52,463 nucleotides of DNA from Candidatus Lloydbacteria bacterium (GTDB lineage: Bacteria > Patescibacteriota > Minisyncoccia > Phycocordibacterales > UBA6899): the NCBI GenBank assembly GCA_043719805.1, contig JAYSTI010000055.1, forward strand, positions 68,760 to 121,222, read 5' to 3'. The translations under genes and the position numbers were made by a program. The notes below the pieces were generated by a model. It was given only the letters and a program-made list of their open reading frames with translations. It had not been told where the DNA came from and made no database searches. Shown in pieces: positions 46,761-52,463 of this stretch. Numbering within the stretch: the stretch's first letter is position 1; each line of letters opens with the position of its first letter.

Positions 46761-47747
46761 TCAACCCCTGCTCTTCATCCGCGAAAGTGCAGGAGCCCAC
46801 TTTGCGATAACAAATCTTGCCCTGTTTACTTGCTCGACAAAATTTTCTTTCAAAAAACCGTGTTCGGAGTTATTCGTCAAAACCACATAGGCACTATTGT
46901 CGAAAAACATGAAGCTGAGGTCGGACATTTTGTCGATGAGCACAGCCATGATATCGGGAGTGAGTATCTGTCGTATCTCATCTTCTGCGTCGTGCTCAAC
47001 AAACAATGTAAAATATTTATCGAAATCCCCTTCGAGTCGCACGTAGACACCCGGAAAGAGCTTCGATGGAACAAATGTTTCGCCGAACGCATCTGCCTTG
47101 CTTATAATGAGCATGCAGGGACACGTCCCAATATCGGCAGTCTCGAGTATCGTTGCCTCATAGGCAGCCTTTTTCATCCACTTATAGTAGAAGTCAAAAA
47201 TTCTCGCAGGTCGCCCATCAATGGTACCGAGGAACACATTCACCAAGCGCAGATCTTGCCCGAGCGTTTGTAGACGCCCATGAATGCTTGCAACATCGCC
47301 AATGGGTAAGTATACAAACCCCATCTCTTGCGCCGCCGCCAACATCTCTTTCTTGCCCGCGTCGAGACGAATTTTACTGAGAAAACCCAAAAACACGACG
47401 AGAAATATCATGTCAAAAAGAATGAGCATCTCCCACCATCGCGCGAAGGCATAAAATATCATATTCAAGAGCACCACGACAAGAAGAGCGTATAGAAATC
47501 GTTTTTTGTATGGACTAAAAATTTTACACCGAATTTTCGTTTCCTCGCCATGGAGCTCGTCCTGCTTATCGCGCACTTTTGACCGAAGCACGTTGAGATA
47601 AACAAACACCGCAAAAACAAAGCCGGCAAATATGCCGCTTCCCATTCCCTTGTAGTAAGCAATGAGCAGGTCTGCTCCCGCAAAAAGCATGATGACGATG
47701 ATTTTTGCCTGGGGACTTAAATTTCTTTTGTTGCTATTGTTATCCAT
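46761..47747 (-). CDS. Hypothetical membrane protein (328 aa)
   Basis: ATG ORF with four N-terminal TM helices and a soluble C-terminal domain. No motif recognised with confidence. Confidence 0.55.
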   Translation of the reverse strand: MDNNSNKRNLSPQAKIIVIMLFAGADLLIAYYKGMGSGIFAGFVFAVFVYLNVLRSKVRDKQDELHGEETKIRCKIFSPYKKRFLYALLVVVLLNMIFYAFARWWEMLILFDMIFLVVFLGFLSKIRLDAGKKEMLAAAQEMGFVYLPIGDVASIHGRLQTLGQDLRLVNVFLGTIDGRPARIFDFYYKWMKKAAYEATILETADIGTCPCMLIISKADAFGETFVPSKLFPGVYVRLEGDFDKYFTLFVEHDAEDEIRQILTPDIMAVLIDKMSDLSFMFFDNSAYVVLTNNSEHGFLKENFVEQVNRARFVIAKWAPALSRMKSRG

Positions 47748-47807
47748 ATGTAAATTTTACCGCGCCCAAAGTGGGGGGGCGCTGGTGCAGTACTATAGTA
47801 ACGGTCA

Positions 47808-49127
47808 TTAGAAAAATGAGACGGCAAATGAAATACCCCCGACACATACCATATAGAGGACCGGAAGAAAAAACCTCCCCGATTGTCGAAATCCCAAGTG
47901 CTGAAAAACTACGAAGAACTTCGCTGCAATACTCGCTATTAGTGCCGCCAATATTCCAAAACCCATCACCAGATCACTGACCTCGTGATACTTGAATGCC
48001 TCACCGAGTGATGCGAGCGCGGAGGCTGAACTGATGAGCCCGGACAAAAACGATGCGGGGACCAACCATCCGCTCCCGAGGTAAAAGCGTACAAGTACCA
48101 TCAATATCATCACCAGCGAGAATATCACCGAAAATTTTGTGATGAAGTGCAGTGGGAGCGGCCGGTTGGTAAACTTCACCCCTTCCATCTGAGTTGCACG
48201 AGAGAACGTGAATAACGTAAGCGCAACCATGACCAAAAATACCGAGACCATCGGGAACAACATTTTTTGAAAAAATGCCAACGGTACAATTGCGAAAAGA
48301 ATCACTATATCCTTGAGGAGTGAGCCGGTGCTCGAAGAAAGATACGCGAGATAAAGTCGCTCATTGGGCTTGTCGGTATCTTCCGTATGAGTTTCTCCCT
48401 TAAGAAACAAAATGACGGTTGCGAGTGACGAAACCAACCCGCCAAAAAAAGTTGCGAGGAGAAGTGCGTTTCGCCCCTTGATGTACTTCGTGATGAAGTG
48501 CGAGATGAAGCTCATGAAACTCATCATCAGTATCACCTTCCAGAACGTGACAACACTAAGACTCTGAAAAGCAAATGTGTGCTCTGCAAAAGAATAGAGT
48601 GGTATCTTTAACGCTGCACCCTCCGGAATGAGCGGAGTGATAATGAGTGCAATTGCAATTAATATACTAAAATCCACAAGTTCATGTTTTTCTATCGTTG
48701 CGGTAAATTGATGCCACTTCTCCTTGAACTCCAAAATGATTAGGAGTGCGAAGATGAGTGTCGCGATGAGCCAAAAACCGACATTGAATACACCAAGGCT
48801 AGCGATTAAGAAGACCGTCGGAAACGAAAGAATGGTCGTAACGCCCGCGCGTGAGTGCCCCTCCTCCGTCTTCTTCTGTATCGATTCAAAAATAAAGATG
48901 ACGAGTCCCAATATCATTGTTCCTGAAAACGCGATCGGCCAAATATACGGATTGTACTGCTGGAAGTAACTGGAGAGAAATGCAAGTAACGCAATAAGTG
49001 AAAAATCTCGTATTCCCAAACTCCCGTGCGCAGTCGGATTACTGATTTGTCGTTCGGCCCCAATAATGACGCCCGTCAAAAGCGCCAACAAAAGATGCCA
49101 CCCCGCGACAAGAAGACTCTGATCCAC
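47808..49127 (-). CDS. MgtC/SapB-family N-domain plus DUF4010-like polytopic membrane protein
   Basis: GTG start. LLTGVIIGAERQ matches the MgtC motif GxxIGxER. A long hydrophobic C-terminal part follows. Confidence 0.7.
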   Translation of the reverse strand: MDQSLLVAGWHLLLALLTGVIIGAERQISNPTAHGSLGIRDFSLIALLAFLSSYFQQYNPYIWPIAFSGTMILGLVIFIFESIQKKTEEGHSRAGVTTILSFPTVFLIASLGVFNVGFWLIATLIFALLIILEFKEKWHQFTATIEKHELVDFSILIAIALIITPLIPEGAALKIPLYSFAEHTFAFQSLSVVTFWKVILMMSFMSFISHFITKYIKGRNALLLATFFGGLVSSLATVILFLKGETHTEDTDKPNERLYLAYLSSSTGSLLKDIVILFAIVPLAFFQKMLFPMVSVFLVMVALTLFTFSRATQMEGVKFTNRPLPLHFITKFSVIFSLVMILMVLVRFYLGSGWLVPASFLSGLISSASALASLGEAFKYHEVSDLVMGFGILAALIASIAAKFFVVFQHLGFRQSGRFFLPVLYMVCVGGISFAVSFF

Positions 49128-49249
49128 AAAGAAAGTCTATCAGGTTGGCCCCAAAATGTCTTTCCTCGCTTGATCATTGGGCGAAATCCCCATTCGCGCG
49201 CCTTCATGGACAGATTTCTAATCCTCTGTCGATGGCACCGGCCGGTAGA

Positions 49250-49621
49250 CTAATTCCAGATTGACAGCCACACGCCAACATAATGCACAATAACGTACAG
49301 AAAGAAAAGATATCCGAGCACTCCGGCTACAACAGTAAGCGCCACGTAGTTTATAATTTCATTTCTTCGACGGACAACATCATCAAACGTGCAAATGCCT
49401 ATTTGTCGACGCAAATAAAAGACGAGTGAGCCAACTAAGGCAAGTAGTCCCACGCCACGAAAAGCCCATTTGTATTCTCCATAAAGCGTATCAGCAAGCG
49501 ACGTTGCAAAGCTCACTGTGGAAATCCCAAGAAGCACCAGTATGACAGGTGAGAGGCAGCAGAGTGACGCAACGAGTACTGGGATGGACGAGATTTTGAG
49601 AGTTTCTTTTAATTTATGCAT
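49250..49621 (-). CDS. Small membrane protein with a tandem-Cys TM motif (MerT/MerC-like feature)
   Basis: The first TM helix contains VASLCCLSPVILVLLG. I prefer the ATG at 49621, 10 nt after the msrAB stop; the track start at 49660 overlaps msrAB. Confidence 0.5.
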   Translation of the reverse strand: MHKLKETLKISSIPVLVASLCCLSPVILVLLGISTVSFATSLADTLYGEYKWAFRGVGLLALVGSLVFYLRRQIGICTFDDVVRRRNEIINYVALTVVAGVLGYLFFLYVIVHYVGVWLSIWN

Positions 49622-49631
49622 GGAATGAGAA

Positions 49632-50882
49632 TTACTTAAGTTGTGGTAAATATTCGCCATATCCCACCTTCTCCATATCCGCTACTCCGACAAAACGCAG
49701 TGCGGCAGAGTTCATGCAGTATCTCCTTCCGCCACGACCGGCGGGGCCGTCCTCGAAAACATGCCCCAAATGATTGTCACCAAAACGAGAGCGCACTTCG
49801 ACGCGTGTCGAGAATAACTGCTTATCCTCTTTGAGTGCCACGACACTATCATTTATGGGTTTAACAAACGACGGCCAGCCCGTACCTGACTCAAACTTGT
49901 CCTTCGATAAATAGAGTGGCTCCCCCGAAAGCACATCGACATATATTCCCTCCTCATTGTTTGAATTGTAGATATTATCAAATGGACGCTCCGTTCCTTC
50001 CTCCTGCGTCACTTCGAACTGTGTCGGCGTGAGATTCAAACGCAATTCATCTTTCTGTGGTTTAACGTAGGACTCCCAAAATTTTGCGCCGATTGGTAGC
50101 GTGCTCATCATTGCTGTTTGTGGTATTGAATAATTCGATACAGTAAACGCTCCTGCGCTTTTACCCCAATATTTTTCAATAAATGCATCACGTCCCGACC
50201 CTCCGCGATAATAGCTGTAGCGAATAGGGTTTTTCTTTGCATAGTCCTGGTGGTACTCCTCCGCGGGCCAAAATTTTACTCGGGGAATGCTAATGAGCGG
50301 GAGTGGTTTATCAAAAACCTTTGTGGCATCTATCGCATCTATCACCCTTCGCGCATCTGCCTTCTCGCTGTCTGTTTCGTAATAAATTGCCGGTGCATAC
50401 TCCACTCCTCGGTCGTGAAATGAACCTGCGGGGTCGGTCGGATCGCCATGCTTGATGATGTGCTCTACAAGGTTTGCGAAACTGACTTTATTTGCGTCAT
50501 ATGTCACAAGTACTACTTCGCGAAAACCATTTTCGGAATAATTTTCATATGTCGGATTCTCACCAGAGCCACCCGCATAACCGGAAACTGCAGCAATGAC
50601 CCCAATAACCTCCTCGACATCATTCTCAACACACCAAAAACATCCATCGGCGAGTAGTGCGGTTTTTCTAGAGATATTCACGGCGCTCCCGTTGGTTTTT
50701 GTTACAAGAGTTGTACTTGCACCAATTGAGCCAAATTCGTCACGAGTCACCGTGTCGATTTCCACCGTCTCGCCAAGTAACCGTCGCGCGCTTTCTTCGC
50801 TCGTTTTTTTACTCTGAACCACGTACAGCGCAGAAAGTGCAAGCACTACTGCGAGGACGCCAAAAATAAATGATTTCTTCAC
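49632..50882 (-). CDS. msrAB: Secreted/anchored bifunctional methionine sulfoxide reductase MsrA-MsrB
   Basis: GTG start. The N-terminal signal/anchor reads KKSFIFGVLAVVLALSALYVV. The MsrA motif is GCFWCVE and the MsrB motif is RYCMNSAAL. Confidence 0.9.
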   Translation of the reverse strand: MKKSFIFGVLAVVLALSALYVVQSKKTSEESARRLLGETVEIDTVTRDEFGSIGASTTLVTKTNGSAVNISRKTALLADGCFWCVENDVEEVIGVIAAVSGYAGGSGENPTYENYSENGFREVVLVTYDANKVSFANLVEHIIKHGDPTDPAGSFHDRGVEYAPAIYYETDSEKADARRVIDAIDATKVFDKPLPLISIPRVKFWPAEEYHQDYAKKNPIRYSYYRGGSGRDAFIEKYWGKSAGAFTVSNYSIPQTAMMSTLPIGAKFWESYVKPQKDELRLNLTPTQFEVTQEEGTERPFDNIYNSNNEEGIYVDVLSGEPLYLSKDKFESGTGWPSFVKPINDSVVALKEDKQLFSTRVEVRSRFGDNHLGHVFEDGPAGRGGRRYCMNSAALRFVGVADMEKVGYGEYLPQLK

Positions 50883-51017
50883 TAAGGCAGTATATCAAAC
50901 GCTGACTGATTTTACCGCCTCGATTATAATTGTCTGCCCAACTCCCTCTATTGTCCGACAGAGGATTAACTTCGAGTTTGCCCGCGCAGGAAGGAATACA
51001 AAATGAATGCTCAGGAA

Positions 51018-51806
51018 TTAGATCACAAAGATCACGACGACGAATAGTGCAAGAACGATACGATACCAGCCGAAGTAGATCAGCGAAAGTTTCGATAAAT
51101 ATTTCTTGAGGAGAAACAAAGTAACTCCCGCGACGACAAACGAGAGCGTGAACCCTGCCAGGAGTTCACCATACGAGTGAACAACTGCGAGCATCTCCCT
51201 CGACTTATATGCATCGTAGAGAACTGCCGCACCGAGTGTTGGGAGAGCGAGCATGAATGTATATTCAATTATGGTGTCTTTTCTGATTCCCCGCAGAATT
51301 CCCGCAATGATTGTAATGCCGGAACGCGATACTCCAGGAACGATGGCGAGTGCCTGTGCGAGTCCTACTAAAAATGCGTCGGCCTTTGTCATCTCGGTAG
51401 TACCGAAATTTCCGACCTCAGACACGCCACCTTGCCGAATAAATATCTTCTCCAAATATATGAAAACAAGCCCACCGACTCCAAGTGCAATAGCCATGAG
51501 CAGCATGTTTCCTTCCAGTAAGTGCTTGAAGAGTTTGTAGAAAAGAAAACCCACGGCCGCGCTCGGGAGAAAGCTGATGCAGAGATTGACAAAAAGTTTT
51601 CTATCGGAAAAGATTTTTTTTGCGAAGAGAAAGATTCCTGCGGCAAGTGCCCCCAACTGAATAAAGAGGAGGTAAAATTTTGTGTACGCATCCGTGAGGT
51701 CAATGGAAGTAAGTTTCGAAACGATAATAAGATGCGCCGTTGATGATATCGGCAAAAATTCAGTAAGGCCTTCGACGATCGAAACCAACAGGAGATGTGT
51801 ATTCAT
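51018..51806 (-). CDS. uppP: Undecaprenyl-diphosphate phosphatase (UppP/BacA)
   Basis: The sequence has VEGLTEFLPISSTAHL and PGVSRSGITI. I prefer the ATG at 51806 (MNTHLLL). Confidence 0.9.
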   Translation of the reverse strand: MNTHLLLVSIVEGLTEFLPISSTAHLIIVSKLTSIDLTDAYTKFYLLFIQLGALAAGIFLFAKKIFSDRKLFVNLCISFLPSAAVGFLFYKLFKHLLEGNMLLMAIALGVGGLVFIYLEKIFIRQGGVSEVGNFGTTEMTKADAFLVGLAQALAIVPGVSRSGITIIAGILRGIRKDTIIEYTFMLALPTLGAAVLYDAYKSREMLAVVHSYGELLAGFTLSFVVAGVTLFLLKKYLSKLSLIYFGWYRIVLALFVVVIFVI

Positions 51807-51840
51807 TCGCCCCATTATACGGGGAATGCACAACTTTCCC

Positions 51841-51888
51841 AATTGGGATGGCGTGACTGAAAGTCTTCGAACCTATTTGGTTGGGGTG
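51841..51888 (+). repeat. Direct repeat, copy A (homologous to the recombinase 3' end)
   Basis: About 38 of 47 positions match 52261-52308 by eye. It translates as NWDGVTESLRTYLVGV versus DWGAVMDRLRTYLAGY for copy B. Confidence 0.65.
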
Positions 51889-51889
51889 A

Positions 51890-52339
51890 GAAAGACATGA
51901 CGAGGCGTTCATCAAAGGGAGAGACGAGCTTGAGGCAAAAATAGCAAAGCCCAAGACAAATCTGCGAGAAACAGAAAGTCGAGCCGAGAAGTGGCTGGAA
52001 CTTACAGAAAAGACTTTCGACTTCGCTTGTTATGCACGCAAGGAGTATCTTACTGGCAGTCTTGAGAAGAAGCGGGAGATATTCTCGGCACCTGGTCAGA
52101 ACTTTTCGGTAAAGGACAAAAAAGCCCATATAGTACCTAACAAATGGCTCGTTCCAATAGAAAAAACATATCCTTCTTTATTGGAGGAACATAATCAGCT
52201 AGAACTGGATAAAGACCTTAATACTGCAAGACGAAGCGAGCGTTTTGCTCAACTTATTCTCGATTGGGGTGCCGTGATGGACAGGCTTCGAACCTACTTG
52301 GCTGGGTACATCATTGATTCAAAATGCACTGATTTATGA
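51890..52339 (+). pseudogene. 5'-truncated serine-recombinase C-terminal fragment
   Basis: An open frame of 149 codons follows an in-frame TGA, with no ATG/GTG/TTG until codon 130 (GTG) / 131 (ATG), so it is absent from the track. It reads ...RDELEAKIAKPKTNLRETESRAEKWLELTEKTFDFACYARKEYLTGSLEKKREIF...VPNKWLVPIEK... This resembles the coiled-coil C-terminal region of large serine recombinases as I remember them. Confidence 0.5.
52261..52308 (+). repeat. Direct repeat, copy B (3' end of the recombinase fragment)
   Basis: See copy A at 51841-51888. Confidence 0.65.
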
Positions 52340-52369
52340 TTGGCTTAGGTTGATACTGACTCGTACACA

Positions 52370-52463
52370 TTAGATTGCTTTCACTTTGCGCACATAACTG
52401 CAATAGAGGTCGTTCACTTTTTTCTTTGTCGTTTTATACACGTATCCCGTTGGGCGTGGCGCT
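52370..52463 (-). CDS. 3' end of an unidentified gene entering from the right edge
   Basis: The minus-strand frame is open from the window edge to TAA at 52370-52372 (...APRPTGYVYKTTKKKVNDLYCSYVRKVKAI*). Only 30 codons are visible. Confidence 0.2.
   Translation of the reverse strand, partial: APRPTGYVYKTTKKKVNDLYCSYVRKVKAI

Noticed and set aside
51855-51875. The cttcgaacc stretch (also at 52276-52296) as a tRNA T-arm or tRNA fragment marking an integration site.
   Set aside because: No 5-bp T-stem, acceptor stem or anticodon arm can be drawn on either strand. The similarity is better explained as a duplicated protein-coding 3' end.
1-52463. Alternative genetic code (UGA recoding, as in some CPR lineages) or CRISPR arrays.
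   Set aside because: Long motif-supported genes terminate cleanly at TGA (for example pbpC and the OFOR alpha subunit) as well as at TAA. No regularly spaced direct repeats were seen in any intergenic region.

Overview
This is a gene-dense 52.5 kb bacterial window. I call about 49 CDS (most on the minus strand), one pseudogene fragment, and no rRNA, tRNA or CRISPR array. All calls come from reading the translations and DNA by eye; no database search was run. The genetic code looks standard, with long ORFs ending in TAA/TGA/TAG. Gene content suggests a small-genome fermentative bacterium, possibly CPR/Patescibacteria-like, but that is inference only. The supporting genes are a PaaX-like/Cas2-fold regulator, a giant lamin-tail/beta-helix surface protein, and an OFOR + ADP-forming acetyl-CoA synthetase + [NiFe]-hydrogenase set.

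Main blocks:
- 1-4 kb: prolyl oligopeptidase (runs off the left edge and is missing from the ORF track), membrane proteins and an HD-domain (p)ppGpp-hydrolase-like protein.
- 4-12.5 kb: a redox/energy module. It holds NifU-like, ferredoxin and FAD oxidoreductase genes, then ADP-forming acetyl-CoA synthetase and a two-subunit 2-oxoacid:ferredoxin oxidoreductase. These sit head-to-head with a two-gene [NiFe]-hydrogenase.
- 12.5-15.2 kb: a small islet of unknown genes. It includes a PaaX-like gene bracketed by two copies of a 34-38 bp palindrome and a GC-rich His-rich lipoprotein gene.
- 15.2-17.3 kb: lexA-dinB.
- 18.4-22.6 kb: a 1206-aa secreted phospholipase-C-like/LTD/beta-helix protein.
- 22.8-24.9 kb: a NiCoT nickel transporter, a hydrogenase maturation protease and an unknown protein with a HypC-like C-terminus.
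- 26-32 kb: PyrD-like, DUF1003-like, MgtA, LMW-PTP, HIT and methyltransferase genes.
- 32.4-41.2 kb: PbpC-type PBP tail-to-tail with a 2209-aa alpha-2-macroglobulin.
- 41.3-51.8 kb: YdjM-like, proline dehydrogenase, MFS, PAP2, a 470 bp non-coding gap, GDH, MgtC/DUF4010, secreted MsrAB and UppP.
- 51.8-52.5 kb: serine-recombinase remnants.

The most interesting candidate is the minimal two-gene hydrogenase. Its small subunit has a single cluster and a tandem-Cys motif, and a separate unusual maturation islet lies about 10 kb away.
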